Shown: positions 44,515 to 52,733 of the stretch, in pieces
Layout of the letters: each line of letters begins with the position of its first letter
How positions within the stretch are numbered: position 1 is the first letter of the stretch
NCBI GenBank assembly: GCA_964612415.1
Contig: CAZTCT010000004.1
Coordinates: 1-52,733, forward strand
Source of the DNA: an uncultured Candidatus Saccharibacteria bacterium
GTDB lineage: Bacteria > Patescibacteriota > Minisyncoccia > Phycocordibacterales > CAYRGE01
Length of the DNA: 52,733 bases
Direction: 5' to 3'
Notes under the pieces: model-generated
The model's database searches: none
Told to the model about the DNA's origin: nothing
What the model saw: only the letters and a program-made list of their open reading frames with translations
Translations under genes and position numbers: made by a program

Positions 44515-44982
44515 ATGCCTGAAGGAAAAAACTATCTAAGTAAAGAGAAAAGAGAGGAGCTTACTGCGGAGCTTAAGCATCTCAAAGGTGTCCGTCGTAA
44601 GGAAGTTGCGGAGAAACTTGAGTTTGCAAAGTCACTCGGCGATCTCTCAGAAAATGCTGAATACCATGAAGCTCGCCAAGACCAAGCAGAGCTTGAAGAT
44701 CGCATCATGCAGATAGAAGCACTTTTACAAAGTGCCGAAGTTGCTCCTGAAAGCAAAAAAGGAGTTGTTGGCATTGGCTCCAAGGTTACTGTAAAGAAGG
44801 AGAAAGAAAAAGACTCAGCGATGTACACAATTGTTGGTGCCGAGGAAGTCAACACAGCCGAGCGAAAAATTTCATACAAATCTCCGATCGGGGGCGCACT
44901 TATTGGCAAAAAGAAAGGTGATACTGTCACATATCAAACACCGGGAGGCGCAGTGACCGCTACCATCGTGAGTGTTGAATAA
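44515..44982 (+). CDS. greA: Transcription elongation factor GreA
   Basis: SLGDLSENAEYHEARQDQ coiled-coil tip motif. 155 aa. Confidence 0.95.
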   Translation: MPEGKNYLSKEKREELTAELKHLKGVRRKEVAEKLEFAKSLGDLSENAEYHEARQDQAELEDRIMQIEALLQSAEVAPESKKGVVGIGSKVTVKKEKEKDSAMYTIVGAEEVNTAERKISYKSPIGGALIGKKKGDTVTYQTPGGAVTATIVSVE

Positions 44983-45000
44983 AATCTCGCCGAACAATCA

Positions 45001-46470
45001 ATGGCATCTCTTGAGGAAATCCGCAATGAACGCATCAAAAAACGCAATCTTCTCAAAGAGAGAGGCGTTGATCCATATCCAGTAGAATCTAAACGCGAAG
45101 TTACTCTTGCTGAAGCACTTGAGAAATTTGGCACGCTTTCAAAAAGGAAAAAGGCGACTGTCCTTGCTGGGCGCGTGATGGCGGTGCGCAGACAAGGAGG
45201 ACTTATCTTCGTGGATCTCTATGATGGGACAGGGAAAATGCAGGGTTTGATAAAAAAGGACGAGGTGGAGGATAAAGATTTTAACCTCTTTGTAGATGTT
45301 GCTGACATTGGTGATTTTATAGAGATAAAAGGGAACCTTTTTACGACAAAGCGCAAAGAGAAGACCATACTTGCACAGTCGTGGAGGATGCTTTCCAAGA
45401 GTTTGCGCCCACTTCCTGCGAAATGGCATGGGCTACAGGACGTAGAGGAGCGTTTTCGCAAGCGTTATCTTGACTTGCTTTCATCCGCCGAGATCAAAGA
45501 GCGGTTTATGACGCGATCGGGCATTGTCGCTTTCTTGCGTGAGTACCTTGGGAAGGAGGGGTACGTTGAAGTCGAGACTCCTATATTGCAGTCGCTTGCT
45601 GGTGGGGCAACCGCAGAACCTTTTAAGACTCATCACAATGCACTTGACATTGATCTCTATCTCCGTATTGCACCGGAGCTATATCTTAAGCAGCTTGTGA
45701 TCGGTGGTATTGATAAGGTTTTTGAAATTGGGCGCAATTTTCGCAATGAAGGTATTGATGTGACGCATAACCCAGAGTTCACCATGCTTGAGTTCTATGA
45801 GAGCTTTAGCACTGCAGGCAAACAAATGGAGTTTGTAGAGAAATTGATAAAAGCCGCTGTGAAAAAAGTTCACAAGGGTGCGTCTTTCACATACGATGGA
45901 CAAAAGATAGATACAAGCAAAAAATTTACAGTCATTTCCTATGGAGATCTCTTGAAGCGATATGCGCTTATCCCTGACCCGGACAATGTGACCCGCGATG
46001 AGCTCGTACTTAAAGCGCAGCAGCTTGGTATCAAAATCAATCCTGCCGATTCGCGTGAGAAACTCATGGATGCTATTTACAAAAAGGCATGTCGCCCAAA
46101 GATTATCCAGCCTACTTTTATTGTGGGGTATCCTGTACACTATTTGCCATTAGCAAAGCGCTCTCCAGAAAAGGCGGGTACAGTAGATGCATTCCAGCTT
46201 GTAATTGGGACACTTGAAGTTGTCAAAGCGTTCTCTGAGCTTAACGACCCTATTGATCAGGCAGAGCGATTTGCTGAGCAGGAGAAGAATCGTGAGGCGG
46301 GGGACACAGAAGCCCAGGTCAAAGACGATGCATTTTTGGAGGCGATGGAGTATGGCATGCCTCCAGTTGGCGGAGTAGGGCTTGGAGTTGATCGCCTTAT
46401 CATGCTTCTGACTGATGCGACCAACATCCGAGAGGTGGTGCTGTTCCCAACTTTACGCCCAAAGGAGTAG
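45001..46470 (+). CDS. lysS: Lysine--tRNA ligase (class II)
   Basis: OB-fold N-terminal domain, RKRYLDL, FRNEGID, and GLGVDRLIMLLT (motif 3). Confidence 0.95.
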   Translation: MASLEEIRNERIKKRNLLKERGVDPYPVESKREVTLAEALEKFGTLSKRKKATVLAGRVMAVRRQGGLIFVDLYDGTGKMQGLIKKDEVEDKDFNLFVDVADIGDFIEIKGNLFTTKRKEKTILAQSWRMLSKSLRPLPAKWHGLQDVEERFRKRYLDLLSSAEIKERFMTRSGIVAFLREYLGKEGYVEVETPILQSLAGGATAEPFKTHHNALDIDLYLRIAPELYLKQLVIGGIDKVFEIGRNFRNEGIDVTHNPEFTMLEFYESFSTAGKQMEFVEKLIKAAVKKVHKGASFTYDGQKIDTSKKFTVISYGDLLKRYALIPDPDNVTRDELVLKAQQLGIKINPADSREKLMDAIYKKACRPKIIQPTFIVGYPVHYLPLAKRSPEKAGTVDAFQLVIGTLEVVKAFSELNDPIDQAERFAEQEKNREAGDTEAQVKDDAFLEAMEYGMPPVGGVGLGVDRLIMLLTDATNIREVVLFPTLRPKE

Positions 46471-46507
46471 GGGCACTTTTGGCACAGGGGAGTTTTACAC
46501 AGGGGTA

Positions 46508-46536
46508 TTGACCCCTTTTTCTTTTTGTAGTATAAT
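46508..46536 (+). promoter_or_regulatory. Near-consensus sigma70 promoter TTGACC-17 nt-TATAAT
   Basis: Direct reading: 62-nt leader with a GGGAGAAG SD before the ATG at 46599. Confidence 0.65.
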
Positions 46537-46598
46537 TAACCACGGTAGTACCCAATGAAAACGGGCGAACAGCCCCAAATATAAAAGGGAGAAGTGAA

Positions 46599-46946
46599 AT
46601 GAATAAGAGACTACAGGTGGCAACTCCGATGACATTACGTCAATTCGATGCAGCAATGGAGACACTGCTTGATCGCGAGCGTAGAACCCCACAGGTGTTC
46701 GGGGTAGTGACATCGTCTCGGCTTGGAAGGTTGCGAAAGGCGCGCGGTGCTTACACCGTCGATGAGCACAAAGAGTTTGCTGACCACACCCTGGTTGCGG
46801 AACTCAATGTTATTCTTAGCAAAATACCATGTTGCGTAGCGCTTGATGTGCTCGATGATGTGGCGGATGCGGAATATCTTGAGGAGCACCCCGAAGTCTT
46901 GTTGCAGGACGCTGAGGCGGAGGAATCTATCACCACTTCGCATTAA
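46599..46946 (+). CDS. Orphan hypothetical protein (115 aa, acidic C-terminus)
   Basis: It has its own consensus promoter, an SD and a terminator (46971-47001). I recognised no family. Confidence 0.6.
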   Translation: MNKRLQVATPMTLRQFDAAMETLLDRERRTPQVFGVVTSSRLGRLRKARGAYTVDEHKEFADHTLVAELNVILSKIPCCVALDVLDDVADAEYLEEHPEVLLQDAEAEESITTSH

Positions 46947-46970
46947 AACAATAAAACCCCTTTGCAATGC

Positions 46971-47001
46971 AGAGCTCCGTACCTAGTACGGAGCTCTTTT
47001 A
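46971..47001 (+). terminator. Intrinsic terminator
   Basis: AGAGCTCCGTAC-CTAG-TACGGAGCTCTTTTAT. Confidence 0.8.
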
Positions 47002-47003
47002 TA

Positions 47004-47032
47004 TTGCAAAATTTGAAGTTTCGTGTTATATT
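47004..47032 (+). promoter_or_regulatory. Sigma70-like promoter TTGCAA-17 nt-TATATT
   Basis: Direct reading: it starts 2 nt after the terminator annotated to 47001. A 28-nt leader with an AGGAGAGG SD precedes the ATG at 47061. Confidence 0.6.
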
Positions 47033-47060
47033 TTATGCAGAATTTCAACAGGAGAGGATT

Positions 47061-47330
47061 ATGACCACACAGCAGGTTGTACGTCGTTCCTTGGAGAATT
47101 TTGACAATATAATGGGAAAAGTGGCTTTGTGCCCAGGTTGTCTCATAAGCAGTGAGGCAGCAACCGTAATTATGCAGATTCAAGACGAGAGAATGGAGCA
47201 CACACGGTATCATTCTAAGGAAACGGTGTCCCAAAAACTCGAGTCGCTTCTTTGTCGCCTTCTACCCATGCTCCCGCCTTATGTGAGGCAGGAAGTTCAA
47301 AAAACCACAAGTGAAGGCACAGTCCACTGA
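47061..47330 (+). CDS. Orphan hypothetical protein (89 aa)
   Basis: I moved the start to MTTQQVV, which follows a strong SD. It has its own promoter and terminator (47356-47382). It contains CPGC and later Cys residues. Confidence 0.6.
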   Translation: MTTQQVVRRSLENFDNIMGKVALCPGCLISSEAATVIMQIQDERMEHTRYHSKETVSQKLESLLCRLLPMLPPYVRQEVQKTTSEGTVH

Positions 47331-47355
47331 ACCATCGTTTCAATAGAAACACCCC

Positions 47356-47382
47356 AAAACCCCGCAATAGCGGGGTTTTTCT
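47356..47382 (+). terminator. Intrinsic terminator
   Basis: AAAACCCCGC-AATA-GCGGGGTTTTTC. Confidence 0.8.
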
Positions 47383-47419
47383 TTGCCCACAACAGGTTAT
47401 CCACACGGCATTTGTTAGT

Positions 47420-47470
47420 GATGTGGGATGAAGTGTTATATAATTTCTACGAAGTGGGATGAAGTGGGAA
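47420..47470 (+). promoter_or_regulatory. dcw-cluster promoter with four MraZ-type operator decamers GA(A/T)GTG(G/T)(G/T)A(T/A)
   Basis: The decamers are GATGTGGGAT (47420), GAAGTGTTAT (47430), GAAGTGGGAT (47451) and GAAGTGGGAA (47461). They form two adjacent pairs with 10-bp phasing that flank TATAAT (47439-47444), 26 nt upstream of the mraZ ATG. Confidence 0.7.
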
Positions 47471-47495
47471 TCATACCTTTTTCCCTAAATTATGC

Positions 47496-47930
47496 ATGTT
47501 GATCGGCGAATATATACATACACTGGATCCGAAGAAACGACTTTCGCTACCAGCACGCTTCCGCAAAGAAGTAGGGAAAAAGGTCGTGATTACCAACGGT
47601 CTTGATAACTGTTTGTTCGTGTATCCGATGGCTGCATGGGAAGCCGCGACGGCCAAAGTCTCGCAGCTGCCAATGGGGCAATCAGACACCAGAGGATTCT
47701 TAAGATTTCTTCTCGGTGGGGCGGTGGAAACAGAGGTAGACTCTATCGGTCGCATTCTGGTCCCCGACTTTCTCAAACAGTTCGCAGGACTTAAAACCCG
47801 CGTCGCAGTGGTAGGTATGCACGATCGTATCGAGCTTTGGGACGAGAAGGCATGGCGCGCATATCGTGGCCGTGTCGAGAAACAGGCAGACACGCTCGCA
47901 GAGAAGCTTGGTGACGTAGGTGCTATCTAG
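47496..47930 (+). CDS. mraZ: Transcriptional regulator MraZ
   Basis: The MLIGEYIHTLDPKKRLSLPARFRKEV...GRILVPDFL pattern shows the duplicated SpoVT-AbrB/MraZ halves. Confidence 0.95.
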   Translation: MLIGEYIHTLDPKKRLSLPARFRKEVGKKVVITNGLDNCLFVYPMAAWEAATAKVSQLPMGQSDTRGFLRFLLGGAVETEVDSIGRILVPDFLKQFAGLKTRVAVVGMHDRIELWDEKAWRAYRGRVEKQADTLAEKLGDVGAI

Positions 47931-47931
47931 C

Positions 47932-48828
47932 ATGCAGGAACACATTTCCGTTCTTTTACATGAGACAGTAAATATTCTCGACCCGAAACCGGGTGAGACG
48001 ATAGTGGACGCCACGCTTGGAGCGGGCGGACATACTCGTCTTGTTGCGGAGAAGGTTGGTGAGCATGGACGCCTCATTGGCATTGATGAAGATGAAGATG
48101 CCATACAGAGGACGAAAAATGCGCTTGCTGGTATCAAGACACAGGTTTTTTTGGCAAAGAACAATTTCCGCCACATTGATCGTGTAGTTTCTGATGCGCA
48201 GGTAGGTGCGGTCAACGGTATCATCTTTGACCTAGGGCTTTCCACGCCACAACTTGAGAAGTCGGGGAGAGGATTTTCATTTCAGAAGGATGAGCCGCTG
48301 CACATGACGTTTGCCAAAGATGTGCAAGGGCGCATCACCGCTGAAGTGATCTTAAACGAATGGTCACAGGAAACGCTTGAAGATATCCTAAGAGGTTTCG
48401 GTGAAGAGCGATTTGCCAAACGCATTGCAGAAGCAATCGTTTCTGCGCGAGAGGTACAGCCCATCACACGTACCGGAGAGCTTGTAGAAATCATTGCGCG
48501 TGCAGTGCCGGCATGGTATCGCCATCGCAAGATCCATTGTGCCACCAAGGCATTCCAAGCACTGCGTGTTGCTGCAAACGATGAAATGGGGGCACTCACC
48601 GAAGGGCTTGAGAAAGGATTTGAGTTGCTTGCGCCCGGGGGGAGGATGGCAGTCATTACCTTCCACAGCATTGAAGACCGATTCGTTAAAAATTTTTTCA
48701 AACAAAAAGCAAGTGAAGGGAAAGGGGTTCTGCTTACAAAAAAGCCGATCGCTCCGACCCGCGAGGAAGTAGAGAGTAATCGGCGGGCACGAAGTGCAAA
48801 ATTACGAGGATTACAAAAAGTTCTTTAG
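47932..48828 (+). CDS. rsmH: 16S rRNA (cytosine1402-N4)-methyltransferase RsmH (MraW)
   Basis: HISVLLHE, DATLGAGGH, DLGLSTPQL, SIEDRFVK. I moved the start to the ATG at 47932, after the mraZ stop. Confidence 0.95.
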   Translation: MQEHISVLLHETVNILDPKPGETIVDATLGAGGHTRLVAEKVGEHGRLIGIDEDEDAIQRTKNALAGIKTQVFLAKNNFRHIDRVVSDAQVGAVNGIIFDLGLSTPQLEKSGRGFSFQKDEPLHMTFAKDVQGRITAEVILNEWSQETLEDILRGFGEERFAKRIAEAIVSAREVQPITRTGELVEIIARAVPAWYRHRKIHCATKAFQALRVAANDEMGALTEGLEKGFELLAPGGRMAVITFHSIEDRFVKNFFKQKASEGKGVLLTKKPIAPTREEVESNRRARSAKLRGLQKVL

Positions 48829-48832
48829 ATAT

Positions 48833-49165
48833 ATGACACGACACACAACACACGCACACAGGATCAATATGATAGAGCGCAAGCTTTTTATTGCGCTGAT
48901 AGGGTGTATTTTATGCGCCTCTGCTCTCTATGTGCTTTTCGTAGTACGAGCATCAGTATTTGCCTCAGACCACTCTCATTTGAGTTCGGAAATAAATACA
49001 CTTCGCTCGCAGGTAGGCGAGCTTGAATCTCGTTATATCGCGCAGAATAAAAATATCAATAGGGAATATGCTCGATCACTAGGGTTTAAGGACGCGAGCG
49101 TGGTAGTCTTTGCCACACCTCGTGCACTTGTAACCAATGTTTCAAGTCCGGGAAATGAAATCTAA
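48833..49165 (+). CDS. FtsL-like bitopic cell-division protein (call is positional and architectural)
   Basis: Single TM segment (LFIALIGCILCASALYVLFVV) followed by a short coiled coil (LSSEINTLRSQVGELESRYI). It lies between rsmH and ftsI. Confidence 0.6.
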   Translation: MTRHTTHAHRINMIERKLFIALIGCILCASALYVLFVVRASVFASDHSHLSSEINTLRSQVGELESRYIAQNKNINREYARSLGFKDASVVVFATPRALVTNVSSPGNEI

Positions 49166-50867
49166 TCGTCCTGTCGCGCGCACTCTCTTTTTCTACGTCG
49201 CAGCCCTCCTTTGCGCCGCCATTTTGGGCGGTCGCCTTTTTTTTGTGCAAGTTGTTCATGGGGCGGAGTATCGGGATAAGGCAGAGAGGCAGTATGTCTC
49301 TCCAGAAGGGACTTCATTTGATCGCGGTTCAATTTTTTTTGAAGGAAAGGACGGTAATCTTTTTTCTGCTGCCACTATGCGAAGCGGATACACGCTTGCC
49401 ATCAATCCAAGCGTACTGAAGGATGCTCAAGGGGTGTACGATAAATTGTCTAAAGTTGTTGAGATCGATCAAGAAGATTTTTTGGCGAAAGCATCAAAGA
49501 CGACCGACCCGTATGAAGAGATCGTCAAACAACTTACTCCCGATCAGGCCAAAGCATTGCGGGGTCTAAAGATCGAGGGGGTCATACTAGCTGAGAGCAA
49601 GTGGCGCTTTTATCCAGCTGGAGATACCGCAGCACAAACACTTGGCTTTGTGGGCTATCGTGGCAATGCGCTTTCAGGGCAGTACGGACTTGAGCGCTAT
49701 TATGATGATATCTTGGGGCGCAATAATCCTGGATCACGCGTGAACTTCTTTGCGGAGCTCTTTGGCAACATTGAATCTGGCGACGAAGGACAGGACAACG
49801 AAGAGGGCGACATTGTTACCTACATTGAGCCAAACGTGCAGACCTTTCTTGAAGAGCAGCTAGATAATCTTGAAGATGCGTGGCATCCAAAGCTTGCGGG
49901 AGGTATTGTCATCAACCCAAATACTGGCGCGATCGTCGCGATGGCAAGTACACCGACATTTGATCTCAATAATTACAACAAACAGAGCGACCCCCGTATT
50001 TATGTGAACCCACTCGTCGAAGATGTATTTGAAATGGGCTCTATTGTGAAGGCACTTACCATGGCTGCGGGGCTTGATGCAGGGGTTGTAACACCCGAGA
50101 CTACATACCAGGACGATGGGCACCTCATTTTAAATGGAAAGCGGATCAACAACTGGGATGGGCGAGGGCGTGGGGTGACCAATATGCAGACAGTGCTCAA
50201 TGATTCACTTAATACAGGTGCGGTGTATGTAGAGCAGAGACTAGGGAACGACAAATTCCGTGAATATATGAAGAAATATGGCATTGGGGAAGAAACGGGA
50301 ATTGACTTGCCCAACGAAAGTGCTGGACTTGTGAATAACCTCAATAGTTCCCGTGATGTTGAGTATGCGACTGCGTCATTCGGACAAGGTATTGCCATGA
50401 GTCCGATAGAGATTGTGCGCGCGCTTGCGTCTCTTGCAAACGGTGGTGTATTAGTCACGCCGCAGGTGGTAAAAGAGATACATTATGAAAACGGAGAAGA
50501 CAAGCCCATTGCCCCATATCCGACACAGCGCGTTTTGAAATCGAGCACTTCTCACGAGATCACGCGCATGTTGGTCAACGTGGTGGACAAGGCGCTTGCC
50601 AATGGTACGGTGGCACTGCCTCACTATAGTGTAGCGGCAAAGACTGGCACGGCACAGATCGCTGACAAGGAAAATGGGGGGTACTACACTGATAGATTCC
50701 TACACTCATTTTTCGGGTATTTCCCTGCGTTTGATCCCGAATACCTCGTGTTCTACTTTATTGTGGAGCCCCAAGGAGCATCGTACGCATCACAGACCAT
50801 TACGACTACCTTCATTGACACTGTGAAGTTTTTGATAAATTATTACAATATTCCTCCTGACAGATAA
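49155..50867 (+). CDS. ftsI: Penicillin-binding protein, FtsI/PBP3-like divisome transpeptidase
   Basis: SxxK GSIVKALT, SxN DSLNTG, KTGTAQ. An N-terminal TM segment is present. I moved the start to MKSNRPV. Confidence 0.85.
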   Translation: MKSNRPVARTLFFYVAALLCAAILGGRLFFVQVVHGAEYRDKAERQYVSPEGTSFDRGSIFFEGKDGNLFSAATMRSGYTLAINPSVLKDAQGVYDKLSKVVEIDQEDFLAKASKTTDPYEEIVKQLTPDQAKALRGLKIEGVILAESKWRFYPAGDTAAQTLGFVGYRGNALSGQYGLERYYDDILGRNNPGSRVNFFAELFGNIESGDEGQDNEEGDIVTYIEPNVQTFLEEQLDNLEDAWHPKLAGGIVINPNTGAIVAMASTPTFDLNNYNKQSDPRIYVNPLVEDVFEMGSIVKALTMAAGLDAGVVTPETTYQDDGHLILNGKRINNWDGRGRGVTNMQTVLNDSLNTGAVYVEQRLGNDKFREYMKKYGIGEETGIDLPNESAGLVNNLNSSRDVEYATASFGQGIAMSPIEIVRALASLANGGVLVTPQVVKEIHYENGEDKPIAPYPTQRVLKSSTSHEITRMLVNVVDKALANGTVALPHYSVAAKTGTAQIADKENGGYYTDRFLHSFFGYFPAFDPEYLVFYFIVEPQGASYASQTITTTFIDTVKFLINYYNIPPDR

Positions 50868-50876
50868 TCTCTATTC

Positions 50877-52166
50877 ATGAAGGCATTTCTGAAATCTATT
50901 GTCGTAAAAATTCTGCAAGCTGAGGCGCGTCTTGTCCTCAAAAAATACCGTCCCAAGATCATAGCAGTGACGGGCAGTGCAGGGAAGACAGGAACGAAAG
51001 ACGCTATTTTCCAGGCGATTGCTCATACTACTTCTGCCCGCAAAAGTGAGAAGAGCTTCAATAGCGAGCTTGGCGTGCCACTTACCATATTGGGACAGCC
51101 AACGGGCTGGACTAATCCACTTGCGTGGGTACGGATTATTTTTGATGGGCTGTTGCTCATTACACTCAAACGACCGTACCCGGCATGGCTCGTACTTGAA
51201 ATCGGGACACAAAAGCCTGGTGATATTCCTGCAATCACAAAATGGCTCACACCTGATGCGGTGGTGGTAACACGCCTCGGTGAAGTACCGGTGCATGTTG
51301 AATTTTTTGATACCCCAGAAGCGGTGAAAAAGGAGAAGGGTGCCCTTGTTGAGGCATTGCGAGAAGATGGCCTTTTGGTGCTCAATGCAGATGATCCTGC
51401 AGTACATGAATTTGCCAAGCACTCAAAGAGCAGACTCATCACCTATGGCATCAAAGAGAAGGCGACTATCATGGGTACCCATATCAAAACTATCTATGAC
51501 GATGGCCGCCCCGTGGGTATGTCATTCAAAGCTGAGTACGATGAGAATGTGATACCAGTGAAGCTCTCTGGTGTGGTGGGGGATCACTATGTAGGCAGTA
51601 TGCTCGCAGCGCTTGCTGTGGGAGTGGGCCTTGGGATGAATATTGTTGATCTTGCCAATGGTCTTGCTGGATACGAAGCCCCGCGCGGACGCTCACGCCT
51701 CATCCGCGGGCTCAAAGAGACGACGATCATTGATGACACATACAACGCAGCACCTGCAGCAGTAGAGGCAGGCCTTGAGACACTTGCGGATATGGAGACC
51801 AAGGGGCGCAAGATCGCCGTCTTGGGAGACATGCTTGAACTCGGGAAGTTTACCGTCGAAGAACACAAAAGGCTTGGCGAGCTTGCAGCGAAGTCGTGCG
51901 ATATTTTGGTAGTAGTAGGACCTCGGGCGCAATATTTTGCAGAAGGAGCGCTTTTGGGTGGCATGAATGAAAAACACATTCATCAATACAACAATGCGTA
52001 TGAAGCAGGGAATGAGGTAGAGCTTATGATGAAGCCGGGCGATATTGTGTTGGTCAAAGGTTCACAGGGCGCTCGCATGGAACGTATCGTAGTAGAGATC
52101 ATGGCCAATCCGGAGGCGAGACACAAACTCCTTGTCAGACAGGAAAAAGAGTGGGAGGTGAGGTGA
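50877..52166 (+). CDS. murF: UDP-N-acetylmuramoyl-tripeptide--D-alanyl-D-alanine ligase
   Basis: VTGSAGKTGTKD P-loop, DDTYNAAP and the overall Mur ligase layout. Confidence 0.9.
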   Translation: MKAFLKSIVVKILQAEARLVLKKYRPKIIAVTGSAGKTGTKDAIFQAIAHTTSARKSEKSFNSELGVPLTILGQPTGWTNPLAWVRIIFDGLLLITLKRPYPAWLVLEIGTQKPGDIPAITKWLTPDAVVVTRLGEVPVHVEFFDTPEAVKKEKGALVEALREDGLLVLNADDPAVHEFAKHSKSRLITYGIKEKATIMGTHIKTIYDDGRPVGMSFKAEYDENVIPVKLSGVVGDHYVGSMLAALAVGVGLGMNIVDLANGLAGYEAPRGRSRLIRGLKETTIIDDTYNAAPAAVEAGLETLADMETKGRKIAVLGDMLELGKFTVEEHKRLGELAAKSCDILVVVGPRAQYFAEGALLGGMNEKHIHQYNNAYEAGNEVELMMKPGDIVLVKGSQGARMERIVVEIMANPEARHKLLVRQEKEWEVR

Positions 52167-52195
52167 TTGACATTTTATGTAAAGAGAGGTATAAT
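52167..52195 (+). promoter_or_regulatory. Consensus sigma70 promoter TTGACA-17 nt-TATAAT
   Basis: Direct reading: it begins 1 nt after the murF stop. A 49-nt leader with a GGAAGGAGGG SD precedes the ATG at 52245. Confidence 0.65.
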
Positions 52196-52244
52196 TAAAA
52201 GAGCAGTCAAAATCCAAAACCAATAACCAAGGGAAGGAGGGTCT

Positions 52245-52607
52245 ATGACCTCAAATGGTATTCATAAACTGAGTATCATCCATGTGATTTCTGTTGACCT
52301 CGCACACTGGGCGCTCGGTCATGATTTCAGCAAGAATCGTGGCGTGCATGTCCAAAAAGCAGACAGTTCTTTCCAGCGCGAAATCGAATGTGTGCCGGCG
52401 GTTGGCTCATTCATGGAAGTGCAACTTCCTTCAGGGCTTGTTTTGATGGGGAGTATTACGGGACATCGTATGAGTGTTACAACATCAAAAGCCAAGCTGC
52501 ATATACTCTCTTCGGTGATATTGCATGCCGACAAGTCCATGACCCTGGATGAATTTATCCAAGACCTGGCGGCGGGTGGCTGGGAGCCCTTTGCGGGCTA
52601 TAAATAG
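52245..52607 (+). CDS. Orphan hypothetical protein (120 aa)
   Basis: It has its own consensus promoter, a strong SD and a terminator. I recognised no family. Confidence 0.6.
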   Translation: MTSNGIHKLSIIHVISVDLAHWALGHDFSKNRGVHVQKADSSFQREIECVPAVGSFMEVQLPSGLVLMGSITGHRMSVTTSKAKLHILSSVILHADKSMTLDEFIQDLAAGGWEPFAGYK

Positions 52608-52620
52608 AAAGGCAGAACAT

Positions 52621-52655
52621 AAAACGCCTCTTGAGTAATCAGGAGGCGTTTTTCT
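52621..52655 (+). terminator. Intrinsic terminator
   Basis: AAAACGCCTCTTGA-GTAA-TCAGGAGGCGTTTTTC (one mismatch in the stem). Confidence 0.75.
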
Positions 52656-52733
52656 TATCTGGACGATTCACCAATTATCCTATATAATTTTGCCGTTGCC
52701 CGCTCGGGCATTTTTTTCTACGGCCCTATCGTC

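Noticed and set aside
47471-48245. 140-aa and 181-aa minus-strand ORFs over mraZ/rsmH
   Set aside because: They are antisense to two highly recognisable dcw genes and have no independent signals.
1-52733. Alternative genetic code (UGA recoding, as in some CPR lineages)
   Set aside because: TGA terminates well-supported genes at the expected lengths (sipW at 3060-3062, the DUF167 gene at 29108-29110, murF at 52164-52166). Long ORFs are intact under the standard code.
1-52733. Searched by eye for defence or mobile systems (CRISPR-Cas, restriction-modification, toxin-antitoxin, retron/DGR reverse transcriptase, transposase, phage genes)
   Set aside because: I saw no ORF with the corresponding hallmark motifs and no spacer-repeat arrays. 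The only dispersed repeat found is the 35-nt palindromic terminator.

Overview
This 52.7-kb window looks like a streamlined chromosome segment from a Patescibacteria/CPR (Parcubacteria-like) bacterium. That placement is an inference from gene content: compact housekeeping operons interleaved with many small orphan and membrane proteins, and no mobile elements. The standard genetic code applies, since TGA ends well-supported genes such as sipW and murF. I call about 67 protein genes and one tRNA-Asn(GTT). I saw no rRNA, CRISPR, Cas, transposase, integrase or reverse transcriptase. The right half (27-52 kb) is core housekeeping:
- pyk, hpf, cyclophilin, fmt-def, a PriA-like gene and murA-mreB.
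- holB-frr-rseP-proS, a second mreB with mreC, an mreD-like gene and PBP2, then greA and lysS.
- A dcw cluster (mraZ-rsmH-ftsL-like-ftsI-murF) preceded by a four-box MraZ-type operator.
The left half (0-27 kb) is accessory or envelope-related:
- A tightly packed operon at 39-4330 with two TasA/camelysin-like paralogs, a SipW-type signal peptidase and a third SipW-signal protein with a hyper-acidic tail. A MacB/FtsX-type ABC pair follows it.
- A P-loop NTPase-CYTH fusion, two cation/H+ antiporters and an invertase-like hydrolase overlapping a sucrose-phosphatase-like HAD gene.
- A secreted beta-helix repeat protein fused to a polytopic membrane domain.
- An SPFH operon that contains a signal-peptide protein with Hcp-like motifs.
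The TasA/SipW cassette is my best candidate for an uncharacterised surface-fibre system. Other notable points are a PriA homolog with no recognisable helicase ATPase motifs, a 35-nt perfectly identical palindromic terminator at two loci, and orphan genes with textbook consensus promoters inserted around the dcw cluster. All family calls come from motif recognition by eye. No database search was run.
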